Part shown: positions 27,535 to 38,308 of the stretch, piece by piece
How the letters are laid out: every line of letters starts with the position of its first letter
How positions within the stretch are numbered: the first letter of the stretch is position 1
NCBI GenBank assembly: GCA_032718475.1
Contig: JAUCBJ010009102.1
Coordinates: forward strand, 1-54,203
DNA length: 54,203 nucleotides
Source of the DNA: Nemertoderma westbladi
Lineage: Eukaryota > Animalia > Xenacoelomorpha
Direction: 5' to 3'
The notes under the pieces: model-generated
Databases searched by the model: none
What the model saw: only the letters and a program-made list of their open reading frames with translations
Told to the model about the DNA's origin: nothing
Position numbers and translations under genes: made by a program

Positions 27535-28653
27535 ATGGATATTAATGACTACTTGGAGGAATATAAATTTTCCAAATCATTTAAAGTTGTATGCATTGCA
27601 GAGAGCAACAAAGTTGTTGGTGATAAATGCATGTTGCATATAACTTCCTACAACGCTTTGCGAGATCATATGCGTAAGAGACACAATATTAATTCCCAAG
27701 ATCAATTTCATAAATACATATCATCTCCGTATATAGAATCAGTATCTCATTCAATGAGAGCAACTGCAGAACAAACGGAAGATGACATTGTGCATATGGA
27801 AACTGACATTGAAGCGTCCAATCTAAGAGATTTTATTGAAAAATTACCAAATTCATTTTCCACAACTAATTGTCCTCTACCAATACTAACTGATCGATCC
27901 AATTAGTTCCCGAGCACCAGATAATTTAACAAATGAAATGCATGAAGCGAAAACAATATTACGGAAAAGGGAGTAAATTAATTTGTCTTAAATTTTCGGG
28001 GGTTATTAGATGTCCGTCAAGATAATACTGCCAATGGGAGCACAATTAAAAATATTTTCGAAGAGCTACTAACCACTCATAAACGTCACAAATTTTATGT
28101 TGAACAATGCGGCTTGGTAGAAGCTCATTGCGTAAAACTATCTAATGATTCAACATACTGTTTTGTTCCTTTAGTAGAACAATTGAAACCATTGCTTCAA
28201 AACTGTGAAGTTTTAAATGAAATTGGAATTTCACACTGTCCCAATGCAAACAATAATAGCGACAACAATTCAAATTTTTCGGACTTAAGGGATGGAGAAT
28301 TTTACAAAAAGCATCCAGTTCTAGCTAAATCTGTAGCAGTTGGATCCACTTTTCTCCAATTTGTTTTATATTACGATGATGCTGAAGTTTGTAATCCAAT
28401 TGGCCCATACACCAAAATTCACAAAGTAAGTGTTTTTTACTGGTTGCTTGGAAACATTCGGCCTAAGTTTCGTTCAAAATTACACTGCATTTTTCTATAC
28501 GCCATTTGCTTTTCAACTGATATTCGAGACTATCTAAGTGATATACTTTTATATACTTTTCGGACTGAAAAAAACATACAGTTTTATTACAAAATAAACT
28601 CTTGGTTATTTATAAATAATAAACAGCTGGTTTTGGCAAATAACCCACAATAA
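27535..28653 (+). pseudogene. Truncated EnSpm-like transposase with N-terminal C2H2-like finger
   Basis: C..C..YNALRDHMRKRH in 27535-27906; DLRDGEFYKKHP, LYYDDAEVCNPIG, HKVSVFYWLLGNIRPKFRSKL in 28114-28653 resemble animal EnSpm-type transposases; stops between the pieces; C-terminal part absent. Confidence 0.8.
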
Positions 28654-28924
28654 AACGTTGGACCTTTTAATTGTGGATTATTTGCTAAAACCGGCTGTTT
28701 TTAAAGCATAACCATCGGAAATTTTTTTCAGAGTAGTGAATTCTACGTACAAACAAAAAATCAGACGTTTTCGTTAAAATTTGTATATTTTAGAGGGGGG
28801 GGGGGGGGGGGGGGGGGGGTGGGGGTGGTCAATATTACCCCCCACCCCACCCCCGGTATTTGTAGAACATTTTATAGCGTGGTACTTAGCATTGATCCAC
28901 TCTTTAATTTCCTAATTATTTTAG

Positions 28925-29050
28925 GTGCCTGCACTTCTGGTATGACTTGTCCAACTAAATCTCGCTGCGTTAAGTACCCAGACGATGAGGAGATCTGTCA
29001 TTGCGACCCCGGCCACGCTAAAACAGACGACGGAAAATGCGAAATGCGAG
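28925..29050 (+). CDS. Multi-EGF-repeat protein, exon 6
   Basis: tag|gt ... gag|gtgaga; 126 nt; ACTSGMTCPTKSRCVKYPDDEEICHCDPGHAKTDDGKCEMR. Confidence 0.92.
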
Positions 29051-29209
29051 GTGAGAACGCGAGGTCAAACAGATGTTGGTGATGGCTGTAACATAATTTG
29101 TATGATTTTTGTAACATAATAAATTATATAAGAAATTGTTAGATTAAGTTATTCAATATACCGGCATTCTACCAAGTTGCGTGCTGGCTTTCAAATTTTT
29201 TTCTATTTC

Positions 29210-30120
29210 ATCTAGAGCAGATTTTTATCAAGATTCTAATTATGAAAACCGTTTAGCAAGGTTTGTCTTACTTCGCGAGTTATGGTCGTCTGTCCGTTTT
29301 ACGGTTAGTCTGTCCGTCAGCATGTCTCCAAAACAATATAAAACATACAGTACTATCTGTCTAAAAAAATTTAGACTTTGTCAGTGACGTCATTTCTGAT
29401 GTCAGTATTCAAATTTGGCGTCGTCTTTCCAGACTGTATGCCTGTCAATCTGTCCGTCAAAATATAACCGACAGCATGACAGCCAAACAGAAACTTTGGA
29501 AATCATCAAATGTTAAATTTGACACTCGAAATGAATTATCCGACCAGGAAAACCCCTATAGCTAAATTTTTACCTAGATGATGTGCCATTTCTTATATTT
29601 CATGGGCAGATTGTCGGATAGTCAGAAAGACCGACAGACAGACAAATTTCATTAAAAGTTAAAACTGACCTCATGAAATCAGCGACCAGGAAAACCCCCA
29701 TAGCTAAAATCTTAGCATGGTTTTGTGCTTTCATGTTGCTATATATATATTGACAAACATTCTCACATATTACAGTAACAGACAGTTTTTGCGCGGGAAG
29801 GTTCAAACTTTAAAGGCAATTTTCTCGGAATTGTATTTTTTCATTTTCAAAACACTAACTGCCATTTTCAACCTATTTGTAAGTTTTTGGTATCAAATGA
29901 AAGCTAATATTGTGCGCAATATTAAAATTCGAGCAGTATTTTTAGTTTTGCAATTGTTCACCTCTTATGGCATTTTTTACGAAAAAAAACAGTGGTTTTT
30001 TTTTAATTTTTGAAAATTATTTTGAAAATAGGGGCAGTTTCCTTAAAAAATACTAAACAAAAATGATGCTCGAATTTTTTCACGTAATCGGCCGTGGGCA
30101 TTTCAAAATGTTTATTTCGA
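29210..30120. mobile_element. Degraded interspersed repeat relics
   Basis: Internal duplication cgaccaggaaaacccc..atagctaaa (near 29541 and 29683), tctgtccgtc / gacagacagac motifs; ends not resolvable. Confidence 0.35.
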
Positions 30121-30288
30121 AATAGTTATGATGGGTCCAGTCAGATTAATATTTTTCATTGTTTTATTGTCAACTACATTAATAAATATTAGAATCCAAT
30201 ATTATTACCCATGGTTGCTTCACGTAACGTTTTAACTATTTCTAGTAGAATATTATTTCTCAACGTATTTTACCATTTTGCTTCGTAG

Positions 30289-30414
30289 AGCCATGTGAAT
30301 ACCACCCATGTGCCGATTTCACCACATGTATAGCATCTGGACCCTGGAGCTACACCTGCCCCTGCCTCCCAGGCTATGTGAAAGCCGAAGGGACCGAAGC
30401 TTGTCGAGTACCAA
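30289..30414 (+). CDS. Multi-EGF-repeat protein, exon 7
   Basis: tag|ag ... a|gtgagt; 126 nt; PCEYHPCADFTTCIASGPWSYTCPCLPGYVKAEGTEACRVP. Confidence 0.92.
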
Positions 30415-30962
30415 GTGAGTATCGGCCAATGGCATATTTATAAATATAAGTCCCTTTTTTTTAATAATTATTAATCCTAAAAACTGGGAAAAGTTTTTAA
30501 AAAAATGTGTTATTTTTATCTCTTTAAATTAAATCATGTTTCATGAGAACTTAATTTAATTTATTTTATTAATTATGTTAATAATTAATTTTGTCACAAC
30601 AATAATATCAGTTCTTGAATGACTATATTATTTTAATAAATGGTTATAAAATAGTATTGTAGTCGGCTAATAATGTCGACAAAATGAATAACTATATTGC
30701 TGATTTGATTAAGATAGTATAATGTAGTCTTATATCATAGCATTGGTAAATATTATATGTACAGGCAGACAGGTATGCACAGCACAATAAGGCAAGCAGA
30801 GCTACCGGCACAACTGCAATACTTCATTTACCAAATTATATAAACCTAATACCCTAATATCGTATTTGAATTTCCCGCTCCTCTTAAGTCCACTACAGTG
30901 TTAATAATAATTTTATTTCATGTCTTATAATCTATTACTTTATTAAGTGAGGATAATAATTA

Positions 30963-33900
30963 TTAACCTAGGAGAAAATGTACTCTGAAAAATGTGGCAA
31001 AAGGTACCCAGACAAAAGATACAAAAGGTACCCAGACAAAAGATACAAAAGGTACCCAGACAAAATATACAAAAGGTACCCAGACAAAAGATGCAAAAGG
31101 TACCCAGACAAAAGATACAAAAGGTACCCAGACAAAAGATGCAAAAGGTACCCAGACAAAAGATACAAAAGGTATCCAGACAAAAGATGCAAAAGGTACC
31201 CAGACAAAAGAGGCAAAAGGTACCCAGACAAAATATACAAAAGGTACCCAGACAAAAGAGGCAAAAGGTACCCAGACAAAAGAGGCAAAAGGTACCCAGA
31301 CAAAATATACAAAAGGTACCCAGACAAAATATACAAAAGGTACCCAGACAAAAGATGCAAAAGGTACCCAGACAAAATATACAAAAGGTACCCAGACAAA
31401 AGATGCAAAAGGTACCCAGACAAAAGATACAAAAGGTATCCAGACAAAAGATGCAAAAGGTACCCAGACAAAAGAGGCAAAAGGTACCCAGACAAAATAT
31501 ACAAAAGGTACCCAGACAAAAGAGGCAAAAGGTACCCAGACAAAATATACAGAAGGTACCCAGACAAAAGATGCAAAAGGTACCCAGACAAAATATACAA
31601 AAGGTACCCAGACAAAAGAGGCAAAAGGTACCCAGACAAAAGAGGCAAAAGGTACCCAGACAAAATATACAAAAGGTACCCAGACAAAATATACAAAAGG
31701 TACCCAGACAAAAGATGCAAAAGGTACCCAGACAAAATATACAAAAGGTACCCAGACAAAAGATGCAAAAGGTACCCAGACAAAAGATACAAAAGGTATC
31801 CAGACAAAAGATGCAAAAGGTACCCAGACAAAAGAGGCAAAAGGTACCCAGACAAAATATACAAAAGGTACCCAGACAAAAGAGGCAAAAGGTACCCAGA
31901 CAAAATATACAAAAGGTACCCAGACAAAAGAGGCAAAAGGTACCCAGACAAAATATACAAAAGGTACCCAGACAAAAGATGCAAAAGGTACCCAGACAAA
32001 ATATACAAAAGGTACCCAGACAAAAGAGGCAAAAGGTACCCAGACAAAAGAGGCAAAAGGTACCCAGACAAAATATACAAAAGGTACCCAGACAAAATAT
32101 ACAAAAGGTACCCAGACAAAAGATGCAAAAGGTACCCAGACAAAATATACAAAAGGTACCCAGACAAAAGATGCAAAAGGTACCCAGACAAAAGATACAA
32201 AAGGTATCCAGACAAAAGATGCAAAAGGTACCCAGACAAAAGAGGCAAAAGGTACCCAGACAAAATATACAAAAGGTACCCAGACAAAAGAGGCAAAAGG
32301 TACCCAGACAAAATATACAAAAGGTACCCAGACAAAAGATGCAAAAGGTACCCAGACAAAATATACAAAAGGTACCCAGACAAAAGATGCAAAAGGTACC
32401 CAGACAAAAGATACAAAAGGTATCCAGACAAAAGATGCAAAAGGTACCCAGACAAAAGAGGCAAAAGGTACCCAGACAAAGGTACCCAGACAAAAGAGGC
32501 AAAAGGTACCCAGACAAAATATACAAAAGGTACCCAGACAAAAGATACCGAAGGTTGCCAAATCTTCTCTATGTCCTTCTCGTCCTCGAAGCGAATGATT
32601 TTACCTTGCCAGTTCGTAGCGATATCTGTATCCGACACAAAGGTTCCTGTTCCGATCCACAAACGAATTGTTCTGGTCAGATATCCTCTTAAGTTACTCG
32701 GAGCTATATCAGCGCCAGCTCTATCCAGTTCCCTAAAGTCTTGAATATGAGGCGGAACATTATGCACGACCTTTTGCGTAATATGTCTACGTAAATCATA
32801 TATCTTAACCATATCGCTTAGAACAACTGCAGGAAGAAACTCTAAGTTTGAAATGATTTCCGGATGATCCACAATAGGTATTTCATACGTCGTATCTTGT
32901 CGAACTGGTATACTAATAGGGAAATTGAGTGTCGTACTCAATGGTTTCGTAATCGAAGTACTATGCGGTTGCATTTCTCTTGTCCTTTCCGGGGATGCAA
33001 TCTGTAGTCTCTGAATAACGTTTTGAGCAAAGTTTATACTTTCGAAAATCTCCGGTGTCATCTCCTTAGCTGAAGTTTGATCGTGTGACGTCCAATGGTA
33101 AGGTAGGCTCGCGAGTCTTCCGCCCCATTCTTCCATCTCACCTTCCTCGAAAGCCTTATAGGCTCTGTATAGGCTAAGAGCTTCTTTCTTTTCACGGGTT
33201 GACTGAGTCACCTCTTCCAGCGTAAGTTCAAATGCATCGGGTTCAACAATCTTAGGTGGACAAACGACAATTTCTCCCGCCTTTGGTCCACACATAGCAA
33301 ATGAATGATACGGATTCGATAAAGGATACCCTCCTTGCCTCCTTCCTGGTAACGTAGTTGTTGATGGTTCGAACACCTCGCCAATATCGGTTCGGGATTT
33401 TCCTTATTCAAATGCATCGGAATCGCCTTTTGTTGTTCGCGCATACAACCACCACATTGATAATAAAGTTTGTAAACTGAAAAGGCTTCCTTCGTTTCTC
33501 TATCATCTCCTCGAGTTCGTCTGTAAAGATGCATTCCATCGATTTCATCGCGTACCGCAGGCATAGGTTCATGTGCCTTCAGGTATTGCATGGTATGATA
33601 CAAACGACTAATTTCGGTATCGGGGTCTTCACTGATATCTCCCGTATCACATAAAGCATCGTACGGATAAAGTTCATTGAAGGTTTTACGTAAACTTTCG
33701 ATCCTTTCATTTAACGCATTTTGCCTTCTCTTTAACACCGTCGAGTCGTATTTAGTTTTAGCAAGTTTTGCTGTACTTTCTGATAAATCCTTTATTCCGA
33801 ATATGGTGTAATCCTTTGCACCGAATCTTTCGAATGGCGCTGCTGTTTCCTCTTGGATATCATATCCCCATCTCGGCTCTCCATGTATCCCTTTCGCCAT

Positions 33901-34011
33901 TATTGGAAGTATGGTTACATAATCATTACTACTAGAGGGAATACAACAGAGTTTATTGTTAGTTGTGAGGAGATGTGAGAGTTTTCGTCTGCCCTTTTGG
34001 CTCGACAACAC
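30963..34011 (-). pseudogene. Accessory ORF of unknown function downstream of pol (about 470 aa when reconstructed), frameshifted and disrupted by the 24-bp array
   Basis: Overlapping ORFs 34011-33208 and 33376-32550 with protein-like composition. Collapsing the array gives the ending WQPSVSFVWVPFATFFRVHFLLG*. Carries the same 20-bp motif as gag-pol. Confidence 0.6.
30997..32548. repeat. 24-bp minisatellite CAAAAGGTACCCAGACAAAAGATA, about 65 copies
   Basis: Direct reading; junction variants GATA/GATG/GAGG/TATA; one 14-bp short unit near 32470; local 360-bp higher-order repeat (lines 31381 and 31741 identical). Confidence 0.97.
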
Positions 34012-34568
34012 TCTAACCTCCTACCCATAGCCTAAGATCTAAGGTTTCTTTAATGACACACTGTTTCTTATCTCAAATTTTTTTTTTTGCCGAAATAAAA
34101 ACGAATTTGGGCTAAACTGGCTGTGAGTCTAAAATACTCACTTTTTGATCCCAAACTATTATCAGAAAATAAGCAATCGAGAGTTAGTAATAAATATAGG
34201 GAAGTCTATTTGTTGACGTAACTTTTGAAACAAGACCGTGTAAAATTTTAATTTTAAAAAGAAAGGCTCGCGAGTCTTCCGTTCTCTTGTTTCTCTAATT
34301 TTAAGTTCCACCCGACTGTACCCTGAAATCTATTCACTGGAGAAAATTTTTTAAAAATTTTTCAAATCCAAATGGATTGTCTAAAATTTCGAAAATGTCT
34401 CAATATTGTGAGTTCCAAGTAGAATTCCATTTCTTATACCTACAAATCCCGCTCCTATGTGACACATAAGGGTACTACCCTCAATGTTCACATATAAAGA
34501 CAATGGAATTCTACCGCTGTCTTTACTACAGTGTACAGGTACGTGGAAATCTATTTGTAAACTCCTTA

Positions 34569-37500
34569 CTATTTACTAACATTAGTTGGAGACTTGTAAT
34601 CTCCAGACTTGTTTCGAGTCTCTTCAAGAAGTACGAGACGTTGAGTCGGTCTGTCTACTGTACGACCGTCAATTGTCCGTACCGTCACAGTTCTTGTCAC
34701 TCCATCCATAGATGGATGTGTGTCTAAAATAACACCAGTTATCCAGAAGCGTCTTTTTAAATTCACTTCTGCTAACAGTACGTGATCTCCCGCTCTTAAA
34801 GCGCGAGTATTGTTGTACCAAGTAGTTCTGGCAGAAATAGAGGGCAAATAATGATTTTGCCATATTTCCCAGAATTTGTTAGCTAGTAGTTGTGTGATTT
34901 TCCACGCTTTTCTACCGTAGCTATCGCCTTCTATTGGAATAGAAATAGGCATTAATGACGCCTGCATTAGCAGGTGTGCCGGTGTTAAAGCAAACTGGGA
35001 TTGTTTGTCATCGGGTACTAATACTATTGGTCTAGTATTTAGTATTGTCTCGATTTCAACAAACAATGTTGTCAGTTGGTCGTCTGTCAAGATGTGGTTT
35101 ACTGGAATTACTTTTGCCATGGCTGTTTTTATAGATCTAATCAATCTCTCCCAGACTCCGCCTCTCCATGGACTATCTGGAGGATTAAACTTCCAAACAA
35201 TCTTGTAAGGACGTAGTTCGTTTGAGATTTGATCATGATCTAATTTCTTAAAGGCTCTAGCAATTTCATTTCGAGCACCAACAAAGTTTGTACCTTGGTC
35301 TGAGTACAAGCATTTTACTAGTCCACGTCTAGCGATAAATCGCCGCAATGCTAGTATAAAAGCATTGGTGGAAAGATCCATCACACGTTCAATATGAACT
35401 GCCCTACTGGACATGCATGTGAAAATCAGTCCCCAGCGTTTTACTAGTATACGTCCACGTTTCGTATGTATGGGACCAAAGCAGTCAATTCCAGTCTCTG
35501 TGAAAGGTGGTCTGAATGCCTGTAGTCGTGCTTGTGGAAGTTCACTCATTTCTTGGGTACTTATTCTAGAATGTACCTTTTTACACATAATACACATGCG
35601 CGTCACCGAACTTAGCGCTTTACTGGGTCTAATTAATACAAATCTTGTACGTAAGTAGGAAAGACAGTGGTGTCTTCCAGCGTGTTTCAGATGTAAATGT
35701 GCGTCCAGTATCATTGCACGTTGTAATTCGTGATGTTGTGGTATTATTATTGGGTACCTAAAATCAGTATTAAAGTCGATGTTTTGAAGCCGAGATTTAT
35801 GACAAATTAAGCCATTATAAATTATCGGACTCCAACTCAATATTGGTGACGACTTGATTGGTTGACCTTGACTTATGGATGTGAATTCGCGTGCGAAATA
35901 TCGCAATTGGTAATGGCGAATTAATTTAATTTCACATCTGTCAATCTCAGTCAATGTAAGTCGACGTGTAAAGTCACGTTTGCCTTTAACGTATTGTACA
36001 AAACGTACAATCCACGCTAATTTGCGGCACGCATTTGTCCAAGAATCTGTCAGATTTACAATACGGTCGACGTAAGTATTTATGACGTCATCAGGTAAGT
36101 CAATGATGAATTTTGAAGGTTTTGTTTTACTAGATGGGCCCACGGGTCCACCGGTAGGTATTCCCTTGTTGACTGTTGATCCGTCCGGGTCTACGAGTAA
36201 TTTGTCCTTCTTCATCTTCTTACCTTGATTGTCAGTATCTTGTGAGTCGATCCCAGGTCTCACCGTAGGTTGTAAGGTTGGTATGTCTCTTGAGCGTAAA
36301 GTAACACCTGTATTTACATTTGCGTAGGTACTACCCACATCTGTAATACATGAGGTTTCACTGTACTTATGGTTACTCAAGAGTGTCAAATTTGGTATTT
36401 TGTCAATAGAAGGCCGCTCCAATAGGGAAACTGCGGCTTTACTATGTGTCAGTACGTTACTAATGTCTGGTAGAACATCTTGTGAAATGTCTGGTAAAAT
36501 GTTTCGCGGAACATCCGGCGAAACGTCTAGTGACATGTCTGGCAAAATGTCTGGTTGACCGTCTGGTAACGTGTCTGGTTGACCGTCTGGTAACATGTCT
36601 GGTTGACCGTCTGGCGATACGTCTGGTTGAGAAAGGCTCGCAAGTCTTCCTGTCTTAACTTTGTAAGTTATATTTTTCCATTTCGCCTTTGGTTTCTTCT
36701 TAAGTTTCGCCGTTGTCTTTTTCTTTGCTTTACCTTTCTTTGGTTTTTTAATTACGGCGTCCTTAGGGATAGTGTTAGACTTGTTATCGTAGAGTGGCGG
36801 CCAATGTTGTGTTGCTCTTTGTAAGAATTGTGGTCCGTGTTGCCAAAATTCCTTGTTTTCCGGTTTACAGAACTCCTCAGGCATCATTCCTCGCGATGCA
36901 ATATCAGCTGGGTTTTGTGGTCCGGGACAATGTCGCCAATCTTCTTTTATTGAACGGTCTAGAATTTCTGCACGACGATTAGCTACAAATGTCTTAAATT
37001 CAAGTGTGTCGTTGTTTATATAAAATAAAACTAATGTCGCGTCAGTCCAATAAAATATCTGTAAACTTGACTGTAGTTCAGTCTGTATGAGGTTTACAAT
37101 GGTGGTTGACAAGGTTGCTGCTTGTAGTTCAGCGCGTGGTGTCGTCATATACTTAGTAGGCATGGTCTTAGCCTTAGAAGTAATGAGCGATACATCAAAC
37201 TCGTCTGAATCTACTTGTCTACGCAAATACGCTGTCACTCCAAAGCCGTTGTCACTGGCGTCAGGAAAACAATGTAATTCTAAGTCGTCAGGAAATGTCG
37301 TCTGTAATGGAAAGTACACCCGGGGTATGGAATAATCCTCTAGCGAAGATAATTGCGCCTCCCAAGTCTTCCATAAGTCCACTTGTTCAGATGAGATCGG
37401 TTCGTCCCATGTCAGTCCATCCTTCCAAATACTGCGCATGTATATTCTTGCTTGCAGTATTATTGGGCTGATAAAACCTAATGGATCGAACAATCGACTC

Positions 37501-38308
37501 AGCTTTGACAAGCAGGACCTCTTTGTCAGAGAATCTCCTTGAGCGTCCAGTCTTACTTTCACTCGAAAGTTGTCTGTGTTCGGGTCCCAAAATAGTCCCA
37601 ACACTTTGGTCGTTGGTAGTGGTTCGAATTCCAAGTCAATGTCACCACCCCCACGTTCAGTCGTTTCGAATGAATTTACTAATTCGGTACTGTTCGAAGC
37701 AAACTTGGTGAGGTTAAAACCTCCGCCTGCCAAACAGTCCCGTAATTGATGTGCTACTGTTATAGCACGTTCTACTGTGTCGCAACTTTGTAATCCATCG
37801 TCAACGTAAAAGTCTCGTTCTACTACTTGGATTACTTCTGGGTCATATTTATGTTTCTGATCCCTAGCGGTCTGCTTTAGGGCGTACATAGTGCAATTTG
37901 GGCTGTCTCTGGCCCCGAATACGCGAACTTGCATTTGGTAAGTCGCCGGTGGTTGGCTTTAAGTCTCCATCCAGGTACCAGAGGAACCTCAAACTGTCTC
38001 TGTCTCGCTCTAACGCTCGCACCTGGTGAAACATGGCTTCGACGTCGCAAGTAAATGCTACTTGGCGTTGACGGAAGCGCATAATCACCCCCATGAGATA
38101 ATTATTCATGTTTGGTCCATCCATCAACTCCGTATTGAGAGACATTCCCTCAAACAGAGCCGCGCAGTCATTTACTACACGTACCTTGTCTGGTTTGTCA
38201 GGGTGTCTCACGTAGTGATGTGGCAAATAGTATGTCTGGTCTGTCACAATCTCTGGGTTTGTCATTCTGATAGCGTACCCTTTCGTCAAATTCGTCTCCA
38301 TCTGAGTA
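34569..38308 (-). pseudogene. pol: BEL/Pao pol, 3' part: RT, RNase H, long linker, integrase, C-terminal DUF5641-like region
   Basis: YYLPHH, KVRVVND, SLNTELMDGP, DVEAMFHQV, frameshift near 37934, FGARDSP, DFYVDD, DASDNGFG, PRAELQAA, WRHCPGPQNPADIASRG, H...HAG..CIMC, GIDCFGP, SDQGTNF, GGVWERLIRSIK, FWEIWQNHYL. Confidence 0.95.
36470..36630 (-). repeat. Degenerate 12/24-bp coding repeat in the RH-IN linker (PDGQPDxL)
   Basis: gtctggttgaccgtctggtaac repeated; protein SPDGQPDMLPDGQPDTLPDGQPDILPD. Confidence 0.85.

Larger units (their letters stand above)
26669..28735 (+). mobile_element. CMC/EnSpm(CACTA)-like DNA transposon, internally deleted
   Basis: 26-bp TIRs tactctgaaaaaagtttccgatggtt / aaccatcggaaatttttttcagagta (1 mismatch); encloses transposase fragments. 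Confidence 0.85.
25322..28866. mobile_element. Non-autonomous DNA transposon with degenerate G/C-run terminal inverted repeats (host of the nested EnSpm element)
   Basis: Left accctattaaacca(G)n tcaatatgacccccc versus right (G)n tggtcaatattacccccc..ccggtatttgtag form an imperfect inverted pair. Internal degenerate repeats (caaattttggtgc / gcaccaaattttg). No clear TSD; superfamily uncertain. Confidence 0.5.

Noticed and set aside
30943-32744. Six-frame ORFs such as (KGTQTKDA)n or (KRYPD)n as repetitive proteins
   Set aside because: The 24-bp unit lacks stops in all frames; the array derives from the end of the minus-strand accessory ORF.
37356-37372. Partial extra copy of the palindrome (cgcctcccaagtcttcc)
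   Set aside because: Three mismatches in 17 nt, palindromy lost, and it lies on conserved WxxW codons; likely chance.
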